DNA of 64,000 bases from Calditrichia bacterium. GTDB taxonomy: Bacteria > Calditrichota > Calditrichia > JAJRVZ01. The notes beneath the pieces were generated by a model. The model was not told the origin of the DNA and searched no databases. It worked only from the letters and a program-made list of their open reading frames with translations. The position numbers and the translations under genes are program-made. Of the stretch, positions 51,524-63,654 are shown in pieces. Location of the stretch: positions 576,001 to 640,000 of the forward strand of contig CAVZSQ010000022.1 in assembly GCA_963777955.1 (NCBI GenBank), written 5' to 3'. Position 1 is the stretch's first letter, and each line of letters starts with the position of its first letter.

Positions 51524-52818
51524 TCAGTGTTCAAAAAAAAATATACGATATATTCAGTCACCCGGATTTTAAATTACTTTTTGTGAATTTTACCAATTTT
51601 GGTATTTTCCAGCTTGTCTACTACATCGTTCCGCTGGTTACTATCCCTTATATAGTTCGTGTTATTGGTCCGGAAAAATTCGGTGTAGTCAGTTTGGCGC
51701 AAGCTCTGGTCTACTATTTCAGTGTAATAGCCGAGTATGGATATGGAATTTCGGGTGTTCAGTATATTGCTCAACATCAAAATGATAATTTGAAATGTTC
51801 AGAAGTAGTAAAAAATATTTTTATTATCCAGTTTATTCTAATGGTTCTTTGTTATATCATCTTAATAAGTATCATAGAATTGTATTCCCCTTTTACTGTC
51901 TATCGTAATATTTTCCATTATTCTTTTTTGATAGTTCCTGCAAATATATTGTTAGCCTTATGGTTTTATCTAGGTATGGAGAAGGTCAAGTACATAAATT
52001 ATGTGACATTTACCTCGCGCATATTTTATATAATTGCTATTTTTATATTTATTAGAAAGATGGAAGATTATTATTTGATTCCTATCTTAAACAGCCTATC
52101 CTATATTCTCGCTGCTCTATATAGCCTTTTCCTGATGGTCAAAAAATTCCGGATAAGATTCAATGCCAATGTGCCCGTTAAAGTTATCGATTATTTGAAA
52201 AGGGATAAATCGATTTTTATATCGCATTTTTTTATGAATCTATATCGTAACTCAAATATTCTTATTTTAGGCCTGATTGCTTCGGAGGCAGCGGTAGGTT
52301 TTTATAGCGCAGGCGAAAAAATTATTAAAGCAATACAGGGTACCTTCACACCCATCACACAGGTTTTATATCCCTATGTATCAAGAATAAAGGTAACATC
52401 AATAGGCAGAAGTATAAAAATTATTAAGAATCTGACTATAATAATAGCCTGTTGTGGTGCTGCTATCTCACTGCTAATTGTACTATTCTCAAAAAAAATT
52501 ACATTGCTTGCTTTTGGCCCCGATTTTCTTACGACCAGTAAAATAATATCAATTTCCAGTGGTGTTGTATTTTTTGGAGTAATTAATTATGTAATTGGAA
52601 TAATTTATATGACTAATTATTCTTTAAAGCGGGAATTTGCTAAAAGTGTAATAATTACCGGTATAATGAATATTATTTCCTGTTCTTTACTCTCGTATCT
52701 CTGGGATGAAATTGGAACCGCCATATCATTTGCTTCTACCGAGTTGATACTATTATTAGTGATGTCATATTACATTTATAAAAATAAAAGAAGCTGGACT
52801 ACAAATAGTGCCTACTAA
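51520..52818 (+). CDS. wzx: Oligosaccharide flippase
   Basis: Polytopic; PLVTIPYIVRVIGPEKFG, WFYLGMEK, VGFYSAGEK. Confidence 0.9.
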   Translation: MISVQKKIYDIFSHPDFKLLFVNFTNFGIFQLVYYIVPLVTIPYIVRVIGPEKFGVVSLAQALVYYFSVIAEYGYGISGVQYIAQHQNDNLKCSEVVKNIFIIQFILMVLCYIILISIIELYSPFTVYRNIFHYSFLIVPANILLALWFYLGMEKVKYINYVTFTSRIFYIIAIFIFIRKMEDYYLIPILNSLSYILAALYSLFLMVKKFRIRFNANVPVKVIDYLKRDKSIFISHFFMNLYRNSNILILGLIASEAAVGFYSAGEKIIKAIQGTFTPITQVLYPYVSRIKVTSIGRSIKIIKNLTIIIACCGAAISLLIVLFSKKITLLAFGPDFLTTSKIISISSGVVFFGVINYVIGIIYMTNYSLKREFAKSVIITGIMNIISCSLLSYLWDEIGTAISFASTELILLLVMSYYIYKNKRSWTTNSAY

Positions 52819-53866
52819 CATTGAACCTCATGTTTCGATTATCATTTTAAACTGGAATGGCTGGAAAGATACAATAGAGTGTCTGGAAAGTGTCTTAAAA
52901 CTGGATTATCCGAATTTCCATGTAATATTGATTGATAATAATTCAGCGGATGATTCAGCAGATAAGATCAGTTGCTGGGCTGAGGGAAAGAGGCAGGAAC
53001 CCATTGAGACCAGTTATCCCGAGGTCATAAATCCCTTGGAGAAAAAGCCACTAGCTTTTGTAGTGGCAGATTTGTCTGAGTACGGACAGATTGAAATTGC
53101 CAAACAAAATGCGAAACTGCTTTTCTTCAAAAGTAACAGTAATCTGGGTTTCGCCGTGGCCTGCAACCGGGGCATGAAAATAGCAACGAATTATTATCAA
53201 AGTGATTACTTTTTTCTCTTAAATAATGATACAGTTATAAAAAAAGATGTTTTAGCGAATTTAATTACAATTTTGGAGAATGATAAGTCGATTGGTGCGG
53301 CACAGGCAACCATTTATAACTATTTTAATCCCGGGCAAATTGATAATGCCGGGGGTAGGATTTTATTCTGGGGGCAAACTAAATATTACCGGAAGATTGA
53401 TCCAACTGAAGTAAGGGAGATTTCATTTATAAATGGTTGTGCCTTATGCGTAAGAACTGATATTACAACCAAATTGGGACCCCTTTCCGAAAAATATTTT
53501 TTTGGCGAAGAAGATTTTGAATTCAGTTATAGATTAAATAAGTTATCGATTAAAATGGTTTGTGCCGGTAACAGTCAGGTCTTTCACAAGGTGGGCATCT
53601 CCGCGCAGGTTTTACTGAAGAATGTCGAACGCAAAATATTTTTATTTGCTGTAAATCGAATTGTCGACCTGCGTGATTTTTATCCGTATCTGCTCTGGAT
53701 TGTCTGGAAATATTTTGCCTTAATTTATTTTGGTTATTTACTGCATAAGAATAAGATACCATTTAAGCGCACATGCCATGTGCTGCAGGTTATAAATCAT
53801 AATGTAACCATATATCAGATAATGTTCAGAACGATACGTTTCGAGGAACTACTAAGGAAACTATGA
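52808..53866 (+). CDS. Glycosyltransferase family 2
   Basis: IIILNWNG, IDNNSAD, NLGFA..CNRG, LLNND, EDFEFS. Confidence 0.93.
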   Translation: MPTNIEPHVSIIILNWNGWKDTIECLESVLKLDYPNFHVILIDNNSADDSADKISCWAEGKRQEPIETSYPEVINPLEKKPLAFVVADLSEYGQIEIAKQNAKLLFFKSNSNLGFAVACNRGMKIATNYYQSDYFFLLNNDTVIKKDVLANLITILENDKSIGAAQATIYNYFNPGQIDNAGGRILFWGQTKYYRKIDPTEVREISFINGCALCVRTDITTKLGPLSEKYFFGEEDFEFSYRLNKLSIKMVCAGNSQVFHKVGISAQVLLKNVERKIFLFAVNRIVDLRDFYPYLLWIVWKYFALIYFGYLLHKNKIPFKRTCHVLQVINHNVTIYQIMFRTIRFEELLRKL

Positions 53867-55190
53867 TTAATTTAGACCAGTTATATAGCCTTTGTTTGGC
53901 AGGACTTATTATTGCATTAAGTACGTCTCGAAGTCAAACGATTAAATAGCATTATTACGCCATTTAATTTTTCTGCCTGGCCATTCTTAATCATCTGTCT
54001 GGTAAATAATTTTATTCTTATTAATTTTGGTTTTAGGCCCGTCACCGCCAGGGCGCAGGTATTCATTATGATTAATTTAATTATCATCTGGGTAGTCGGT
54101 TATATTATGTCTTTTTTCTTGTACTCCGGTAACAAAAAAGACAATTACTGATCGCTACAAACTGATTTTTAAAGATATTGCTGATTATCAATATTTAATT
54201 ATTATTTATTGCCTGGATTACGATTATATTAAATTTTAATCGTGTCATTACCTTGTTACAACCCATGGTGGTCTGGTTTTCTTTGGAGATCAGCAATATG
54301 AAGACATCATGTCTGGAGGAGGGGGATTGTTGCTCATTTTGTTGAAGTTGGGTAAAATATGTTGCCTGTTGTTAATCTTTACTCTATCATTATGCAAAAA
54401 ATAAATTTTTGTACTATATAACAATTATTGCTCTACTGTTTAGTACAGCTATCATCATGGTAAAGTATCATGTCATGTGGCTTATATTATTTGCCTTCCT
54501 TTCTTTCTTGTCAATAAATCTGTCAGAAAACAGTTGAAAACCATGGTAGTCATAATTCTTCTTTTATTTCTAATGATGAATTTATTTTGGCTTATCCATA
54601 ACTCTTATTTGGGGTACATTCTCCTTTGAAAATAAAGGAGTATGGGATTTTTTTATGAACTTAACTTTTAATTATTTTGTTTCAGGTCCCATTGTTCTTG
54701 ATAAATGGTTGACCTTCGGAGATGTAAAACCGGATTGGGTTCTGTTCATTGTACCAATAAATATAAGAATGTCTTGATGGGTGATCCTGAAAGAATCAGT
54801 TCCAGTACCCTATGTTTGTAATGGATTCTGGGATTCGCTCCCCATAGTTATTCGAATGTTGGAACGAGCTTTGGAGTTTATTATTTAATTGGTGGTTATA
54901 TTTTTACTTTATTTATGGTTACATTGATCTCGATTTTGTCCTATTTTATTTACTATAAAAATATTACATCACGCAGTAAAATATTAATATTTTTGAATTT
55001 GTTATTTCTTACTCTTAGCATATTTAATTTTTTTGCTCAATATTTTACACTCTTTACGATGTACGAGATGACAGGCATATTCATTTTATTTATATTTCTC
55101 TTCAGGTTGCTTAATATAGCGAAGAAGATATCCTTATGCCTAGTAAATAGAAACTTTGTCTATCTTAAGTGCCGTTTAGATATTATTTAA
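53863..55190 (+). CDS. Probable O-antigen polymerase (Wzy-like); fragmented by many indels
   Basis: Continuous hydrophobic coding fragments between two GT genes (e.g. YFVSGP, SNVGTSFG); only the 3' ORF is intact. Confidence 0.55.
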
Positions 55191-55232
55191 TTTGAAAAAT
55201 ATTTAAAAGAAAATTCGGTTTAAAAAAATAAG

Positions 55233-56346
55233 ATGAAATTAATAATATTGGCAGAACCAAGTTCTCCCCACACAATAAAATGGGTGAGGGCTCTCAGCGA
55301 AAAAGAAGTATCAATACTTTCTTTTTTGTTTATTTCCGTATGCAGGGGATGATTACACTGATTGTAAAAATCTGATTATGAAATCTTTTAATCTCAGCCA
55401 GCGATTATATTCTAGACCAGAAGGTAGTTTAATCAAAATAGTGATTTTGCTGGCACTTCCGACTCTAAAAAAAGTTATAAAAAATTTTAATCCGGATATA
55501 TTACATGCACATTATGCAACTAGTTATGGTGCTCTGGCAGCACTGACCCGTTTTCATCCTTTTATTATTTCAGTTTATGGAAATGATATATATGAATTTC
55601 CAAAAAAGTCCTGGCTGCATCGTCAATTGCTTAAGTATAATTTTTTAAAAGCGGATAAAATTCTTTCAACAAGTCATGTAATGGCCAGGCATACTGCAAA
55701 ATTTACTGATAAAAAAATTGCGATTACGCCTTTTGGAATAGATACAACAATATTTAAACCAGAGAGTAAAACAGTTACAGATGATCGTATTTACATTGGT
55801 ACAGTAAAAACATTAGAGGAAAAATACGGAATTAAATATTTGATAGAGGCATTTAAAATTATAACAGATAAGCATCCTGATTTACCTTTACGTCTCCTGA
55901 TTGTCGGTGGTGGTAGCCAGGCAAACATGTTAAAAAACTTAGCGCAAAAATTACAAATACAAGATAAAATAGATTTTACGGGCCGAATTAATTATGATGA
56001 TGTAGTTTTATACCATAATAAATTAACTATTGCAGTGTTCCCGTCCACTATTGACAGCGAAAGTTTTGGCGTGGCAGTTTTGGAGGCAAGTGCATGCGGG
56101 AAACCGGTAATCGTAAGCAATGTGGGCGGTCTTCCTGAAGTCGTAATAAATGGTGAGACGGGTATAATTGTTGAACCTAAAAATCCAGAACTGTTAGCGA
56201 TTGAAATTGAAAAATTGATTTTGAATGAAGAGTTAAGAAATAATATGGGTAAAAAAGGCAGAGAATTTGTTCAAAAGCAGTATAGTCTGGCGGATAATGT
56301 TGAACGAATGCTAACTATTTATAAAGAAATTTTAAAGACCCCATGA
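55233..56346 (+). CDS. Glycosyltransferase family 4 (frameshift ~55320-55370)
   Basis: MKLIILAEPSSPHTIKW at 55233; PDILHAHYATSYG; ESFGVAVLEASACGKPVIVSNVGG. Confidence 0.93.
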
Positions 56347-56773
56347 ACCTCATGGATCGAAAAAGCTTATATTCATCCGGTTTTGGATCGAGTGATTTAG
56401 ATCATAAAAAAGTTGCGATCTGAGGCTTATTTTTATATATTTTGTAAAGTTTATCTGCAATCTCTGGACGATAGATCGTTCAACAGTTTATTAACTTATA
56501 CAGCTATTATACCGAAAATATTTGAGTAATTTATTTTCTTTTGATTTAATTATTATTCATATATGTTTAAATAAAATGGAATTTGTACAAATCCGATTTT
56601 ATGAATAATTCACTGGGAATTTAATAGACATAATATACTCGCTAAAGAAGATCAGGCAACCTTGCACAAATGTGATAGTAAATATAATATTTTATAAATG
56701 AGTGTAAATCTAAGAGGTTATGACCCTTCGTGTAGATGAAAAGTTATTTATTACTTTCAAGAGGTAGAAGTAC

Positions 56774-57891
56774 ATGAGAAACCTAAAATATATTTTTATT
56801 ATAACTATTCTCTGTGTAACTGCTTGTTTGGAAAAAACGGAGTCTTTAATTTCCGATGAACAAATTCCGGATAAGGAAACTCCAGAGCAGGAAGATTCAT
56901 TAAATATTGTTGAACACGACATATATTTTCGCAGTAATCGTGACGGTCAGTATGATATCTATAAGATGAATTTTCAGGGTGAAGAAGTTACCCGGGTAAC
57001 TGAAATCGGGGGTATCTCTGCCTTCAAATTTACACCCGATGGATTAAAGATTATTTATCAGAAAGACCTTGAAAGTATAAATAATTTATACATGATCGAT
57101 AGTGATGGTAGTGGTGAAAATAAATTGACAAATACATCTGCTACATCTGCATCTACTTTAACCTGGGATCTTTCAGCTGATAGTAAAAAATTGATCTATT
57201 GTGTAAGCGCTGCTTCCTTATATCTATTGAACTTGGAGACATTACAGTCAGAAACATTTAGTGATACAATTAGTAGTTTAATACGGTCACCAAAGTTTTT
57301 ACCAGGAGCAGAAAAAATAGTGTACCTTGCCACGGATTATGCACTTAAAGTTTTAAATACAAATGATGGCTCGACCCAATATATCTGCGATCGGTGTATT
57401 TATGAGGAGCATCATTTCCAGGCCTTCCCAAATGAAGAGAAGGTATTGATACAAATGAGTCAATACGGTGAAACATACATATTCACTGTTGATCCGCCTT
57501 CGAAAAACATGTTAGCAGTTTATCCAAAATCTCCACGAGACTAACTCATGATGGAAAAGGATTTGTTTATGTGACATTAACACATGGATGCCCCGATTCT
57601 ATTATGATCTATGATTTAAATACCACAGAAAAAAGATTTTTAAAATCACTTACTTCCGAAGGTTGCGCTGCACTGGAAAGCAGCAATAATGATGATTTTT
57701 CTTTTTCACCGGAAGGTTCTGTAATCTTATGGAATAGTGGCCGAGGTTCGGGCAATTCACGGATTACGACTGATATTTTTATGATTGATATTCAGGGAAA
57801 TAATTATCGCCAATTAACCGATAATCCGGCTGAGGATCGTGATGCAGTATTCCAGCCGATTGAATATCCTACCGGTATTTATGATGATTAA
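56774..57891 (+). CDS. TolB-like (PD40) beta-propeller lipoprotein (frameshift ~57540)
   Basis: Lipobox VTAC; FRSNRDGQYDIYKM, FTPDG, FSPEG, DIFMID..RQLT. Confidence 0.8.
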
Positions 57892-58600
57892 ATGATGGCC
57901 TGGAAATTTACTTTTGAATTAATCTCAAAGGAAAATTTAAATAAAAAAATATATTAGTATATCCAATCTGAATGTTATTTAGAATAATTTATATAAATCA
58001 TACTATGCTAAAGTATGAGGATCCAGAATATTTAAAATGAGAAAAGTTTAATTTAATCCTATACTGATATAAATCCAATATCATAAAAAGTACTGATTAA
58101 GATACATTCATAATAGTAAAAATACTTTCCAATCCAATAAAGAATAGTAAAATTATGATAGTTGTCATTCCCTCCAAATCAGATACCCATCAGTACGATT
58201 ACCTGGCACCTTAGAATTATTCCCCTCTTCAGATTATCAGAATAGATATTATAAGCCGATTGAGTTGCATTAAATACAAGCATATAATTACCCGTCGTTG
58301 AGATATAGGACCTACGCATGAAAAGTATATATTTAATACAAAAATATTCTATTGATATAATTATATATTTTTCAAGGTATGTCGATAATATTTAAATGTC
58401 TCTCCTTCTTCAACTTTACAAGCGATAAATATTACCCTTCTCAAGGCTAATTTCCATCTGTTCATTTACATATTAACAAGGAAACGAACTAAATAAAATA
58501 TAGTGAGGGTAGGTAATATGCCTGGCTAGTTATATTTGGGAATAATTTTCATTCTAAGTGTGCTGGTTGATTTTAAAATATTAAGGAAATAGAAATGAAA

Positions 58601-59620
58601 CTAACATCGGTAGCATAAGGAAGGTATATCTTTATTCATCCATTTTTTCCCGAAAATTTTGAAACTTATCTGAATTTATTACATTAATTAAACCTTCATC
58701 AAATACATTCCCCAGAAATAAATTCCCTGGGAAAGGGAACACCGCAACAAAGGGGTATAAATCCGTTCCAGGAAATATAGAAGTAATTCCAAGGAAAACG
58801 ACACTCTTTCCAGCGGGTGCTATCTTTAAAATTAGGATAGTAATTCTATCTTTTGGTAATTCTGTGCAATACTACGGGCTTTAGTTAATTCATTCATCAA
58901 TCCCGATGAATTATATAGTTTTAAATCACTTGATTTTATATCCGGAATTGCGACCAAATTTATGGGTGTGGCATTAATGTAATGTATCCCTTCCTGATGG
59001 GCAAAACGTATGACATCAGCAATTTGAAAATAATTTTCTTTAACTACTACCATATTCAACATTATATCCGTACGTGTACCTTGAGCCAATTTTACCAAAT
59101 TGTTCGGACGTTCTGATGAAATGTATTAAATTTACCGTTAATTCTGACTTTTTCATACGTTTCATCTAATCCGTCTATAGAAATTTGTATGGTATCTACT
59201 TTGTTAATTAATTGAATAACTTGTTCTTGAAAGTTGTTTGAAATAGCGTTAGTAATAATCGAAATAATAATCCCATTCTTTTTTTGATGTATATAGTCAA
59301 TCGCTTTGATTAAATCTTTGTATAGTAAGGTCTCACCCATTCCTGTAAAGATAACAGTGTCTAAATATGGACTGGCTTCATCGATAATTATTTTATATTG
59401 ATTAAAATTCATCGAACCTCGATCCATTTGTTTTCCGGAAGTTATTGTCGGGGACAGGTAATACAATTCAGGTTACAATAACTTGTCAGTATCAATCATC
59501 AGGGATGAGGGATAAGAAACGATTGTGCTATTTTGTAATCGTAAGATCAGATGACGTAGTTTGTTAGCCCCAATCTGTCATTAAGTTCCAATTAATCGGA
59601 AGGCGTGTGATACGCTTAAT
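58601..59620 (-). CDS. Radical SAM/SPASM protein (multiple frameshifts; start approximate)
   Basis: Manual reading: LTSYCNLNCITCPR (~59450-59489), TGMGETLL, ISIDG; SPASM part C.FPWNYFYISWNG..CC...GNVF...CYRC. Confidence 0.8.
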
Positions 59621-60312
59621 CAATTTTTTTAATCTTCTTTTAGCCAAAGGTGTTCCTCAGAAGTTATATATTCCCCAGAAGGGATTAAATTTTAACTATA
59701 TTTTTCCGGTTCAAACTTATGTGATTATATTTTCAATTTGTATTGGTTTCATATAGTATCAATATGATCAATTCAATATCAAATATATTGTTAACTGGAT
59801 ATCAAATTCATAGGCCGTTAGTAATTAATATAAAATATGCGGGTACACTATTCATAACCATTATTGGTTAAACCATGTTAACGGTCTTTTAATTGCCCGT
59901 TTAGACAACTCGGCTAAGCAATAGCATCGCTATCGATGGATTCTGTTGTACATAAATATACTAGATCTGGATTAAAGGTACCAATAGTTAATAAAGATAT
60001 GATTTTTTATGATGTATGATCTACTGCTATTCGTGTTTTTAATAAAGGAGATGGAATAAATTATTTTCAATATCATTCAACAGTGGCAGTATTTTCTGCT
60101 TAATGGGTTGTAAAAACAAAACTTGACTATGTTAGAGTGCTATCTTAATTTCTTGCCTAGTATAATTTCACCTCACTTGCCAGATGTCAAAATAGGGATT
60201 ACCCGACCTATTGTTGTTTGGGTAATGAATTTGTAGTGTAAAATATTCAGGAAGCGTAGATTTTTTTTACAAAAAATATTTTATATCATTTTCAGCGACT
60301 CAGATTAATACT

Positions 60313-61499
60313 ATGAATGTTTTCATAGATTATATAAAGAGAAGAATTCTGGTTTTATACCTGATGCTGCAGGGCGTTACCTTTCATCGGTTGGTAAATC
60401 TTATCGTATCTTTTATATCCATGATGTTAAAACGACCCACCTCAGGTAGAGTACCTCCTGAACTGATTATAAAGATTACTTCCCGTTGTAATTACTCCTG
60501 TATCATGTGCCCGAAAAGTTCAAGTACCCTAAGCTACTATAGCCATCCCGTTGATATAGACTATGGTCAACTGGAAAAATTGTTAACCAGAAATGCGAAA
60601 TATATTTCATCGGTAAAACTATTTGGCGGTAAACAGTTATATCATCAAAAAATCATCCAGATAATAGAATTACTGGATAACCTGAATCTGAAGTATACTA
60701 TAACCACAAATGCGTATTTGCTTACACCAGAAATCTTTGCCAAAAAATTACAAAAAATTGTGTCAGGATATGTCTATCGATAGATGCGGTAGAAAATGAT
60801 CTTTACTGTCAGATGCGACGCGGTGGAGGTATTTGGGTATAGTAAGTCAGAATATCGGGATGTTAAATCAGATAAAACTCAAGAACAAATCCAGTAATCC
60901 TGTTCTTAAGGTTGTCACGGTATTCGATTAATATTCAAAACAGATGCCCAGAATGGTTGAATTTTGCGCGCAACATCAGATTCCCAACCTTATTTTCCAG
61001 GAAGGGGTTTTTTATGGGAACAATGGTGTGGAAGAAAAAATTTATTAATGGAGAATTTACACCTGACCGAGGAAACTATAAAACGAACCCGAGAAGCAGG
61101 CAAACAGCATCATGTTAAAGTCGAATTTGATCTTCCCTGGTTCAAACAATATAAAAAGAAGTGAAAACTATACCTGGCAATAACACAAGCATGCATAAAA
61201 GGAAACTGCGCCGGTGCTTTTATCTGTATTTTACTATGCTTATTCAACAAAATGAAAAACATACCTATTGTTTTGGCACATATGATAATCTTGAAGATAT
61301 CAATAACCGGGAGATTTCCGATATCTGGAATTCAGCAAATGATGTTTATTATCAAGCACGACAGTTGTTGAAGCAAAATATAATTCCCGGATATTGCAAA
61401 AAAGCATATACCCTGGGTGGAAAATGCGCTCTGACTATGGTAGTGGAAGAAAGTATGTTGTACAGTTCGCCCAAAGAATTACATGTAATCAATGGATGA
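60313..61499 (+). CDS. Radical SAM protein, paralogue 1 (multiple frameshifts)
   Basis: ITSRCNYSCIMCPK, ITTNA, SIDA; C-terminal RCFYLYFTML...IWN...C. Confidence 0.8.
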
Positions 61500-62591
61500 A
61501 TTCTTTAATTATATGAAGCAGAACTATCTCGCCGGTTTCTTAGTCCACAGGCTGTCGCTTAAAAAGTTAATTGTTCTGGTCAGTTCTTTTTGGGCACTGC
61601 TGTGGAAAAAATCGAAATCGGGCAGAGTGCCGCCGATATTAATTATAAAACTAACTTCCCGCTGTAATTTTTCCTGTATCATGTGTCCCAAAACATTTAG
61701 AAGTATTGATTTTTATAAAAATCCTGTAGATATAGATTTTAAAAAACTTAAAGAATTACTGGAAGAAAATGCAAAATATATTACTCTGGTGCAGTTGCAT
61801 GGTGGCGAACCTTTAATGCATAAACAAATCAATGATATTCTGGATCTGCTTAATGATTTGAACCTGATGTACACAATTACTACCAATGGACACTTTTTGA
61901 GCCAGGAAATTATCAGCAAAATTACAAAAAATTGCCTGCGAATTATTGTGTCGATTGATGCCGTTACGCCTGAGTTGTACGCTAAAATACGCAAAGGGGG
62001 GAATTTAACAAATATAGTCAATAATATTGAAATGTTAAATCGAATCAAACAGGATAAAAAAATTTCTCTTCCCGTTGTACAAGTAGTAATGGCTGTTTTT
62101 GCCTACAATATGGTCAATGCAGAAAATGATCAGGTTTGCCCGTGATCTGGGCATTGACCTGGTCATATTCCAGGAGGGCATCTTATATGATAATCCGGAT
62201 ATTGGATCGGCTGATCTGCTTGAGAATAATATCCCGAGATGAACCAGGCTGTCAGCGAGACTAATGATCTTGCCCGTAAATTAAAAGTAGCAGTCCGTTT
62301 TGATTTTCATTCATGGGGCAAACAGTCAATTCAACCGGAAATGGATCCGCAGCTAAAAAGATGTTTTTATTTGTATTTCACCATGCTGTTGCAGGAAAGG
62401 TTTAATGTTACCTATATATTTTCGGCAGTTATGATTATATTTTCCCCCTGACTAAAAATCTGAGAGCTATCTGGAATGAAGAGGGATCCTATTTTTATTC
62501 GACTAGAAATAATTTGAAGAAAAATATTATCCCCTTGTATTGTTCAAAAGCTTACCGGGACAGGATAAATTGTATACTAAACGCAACCTAG
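61492..62591 (+). CDS. Radical SAM protein, paralogue 2 (multiple frameshifts)
   Basis: LTSRCNFSCIMCPK, HGGEPL, TTNG, SIDA..Y..IRKGG; RCFYLYFTML. Confidence 0.85.
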
Positions 62592-62603
62592 TATAATTGA
62601 AAC

Positions 62604-63500
62604 ATGAATTTTATCTACAAATGCTTGCTGCAACATGCATTATCTATTGTGCCCGGAGGTAGTAGTATAAATTACTTGCTGCAGCGGTATGTTACACATA
62701 ATTTTCCACTATCCCTGCATGGATTCAGCGAAAGAGTCAAGTCGACGAAATCTTTTTATGATTGGTATAAAAAATATTCATTAGTTACGCCCGCTGAAAG
62801 CCTTTGTTTTGAGTTCAGTTCCGGAGTTCATCTGCAAAATCCCATCGGGCTCAGTTTATTGGGATTTAAATATATTGTCACAGCGGATGTAGCCAGAATC
62901 GCCCGTTCCTACTTGATTGACGATGTAATTACCAGATACAAATCACTTGCTGACTATACTGTACCCGATCCTATTCCTCGCCTGGACAACAGGAATATTC
63001 AGAACATCCTGAAGACAGTCTTCCGGATTGACTATATTGCACCCATCCGGATTTTTGATATTGCTCTGCCATCAAATTCGGTTGATCTTATTAATTCCAG
63101 AACTACTTTTGAACATATTCCGCGTGAGGATATCCCTGCGATTATCAAACACTGTTATCATCTAATGAAGAAAGCCGGAGTGGCCATTATCAGTATCGAT
63201 TATCGTGATCACTGGTCGTTTTTTGATTCGAAAATATCGATATATAATTTTCTAAAATATCCCGAAAAAATCTGGAAAAGGTATAATCCGCCTATACATC
63301 ACCAGAACCGTTTACGTCATGTTGATTATTTGAGCCTATTTCAGATGCAGGGATTTCAAATTGTAGAGGATTTGAAACAGCTGCCGGATGCGCATGAAAA
63401 TAATCAATTTTCTCAAATTGAGATAGATCATCATTTTATTCAGAATTATAATGAGAGCGATTTAAAAGTGAGCCGGGGTATTTTTGTATTAAAAAAATAG
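62604..63500 (+). CDS. Class I SAM-dependent methyltransferase-like protein
   Basis: NSVDLINSRTTFEHIP, MKKAG, IDYRDH, NRLR motifs. Confidence 0.8.
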   Translation: MNFIYKCLLQHALSIVPGGSSINYLLQRYVTHNFPLSLHGFSERVKSTKSFYDWYKKYSLVTPAESLCFEFSSGVHLQNPIGLSLLGFKYIVTADVARIARSYLIDDVITRYKSLADYTVPDPIPRLDNRNIQNILKTVFRIDYIAPIRIFDIALPSNSVDLINSRTTFEHIPREDIPAIIKHCYHLMKKAGVAIISIDYRDHWSFFDSKISIYNFLKYPEKIWKRYNPPIHHQNRLRHVDYLSLFQMQGFQIVEDLKQLPDAHENNQFSQIEIDHHFIQNYNESDLKVSRGIFVLKK

Positions 63501-63654
63501 AGAGAAAGCCCAAATTATAACATATTGGTATAATTAATGTTGATACGTATAAAGGATGAGCACCTAAGATCGGTATATCATAATGTACCAAGAATATTGT
63601 TTGAATTCTTTCAGGCACATTCATTAAAAGAGAAATATCTCTTTTTCTATTTTA

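Noticed and set aside
2529..62591. Split genes (HK, tsaD, vapB, pruA, wecB, wza, wzy, radical SAMs) as pseudogenes or programmed frameshifts
   Set aside because: The indels hit essential genes, often at homopolymers, and increase toward the right end, which best fits long-read error. Read polishing would decide.
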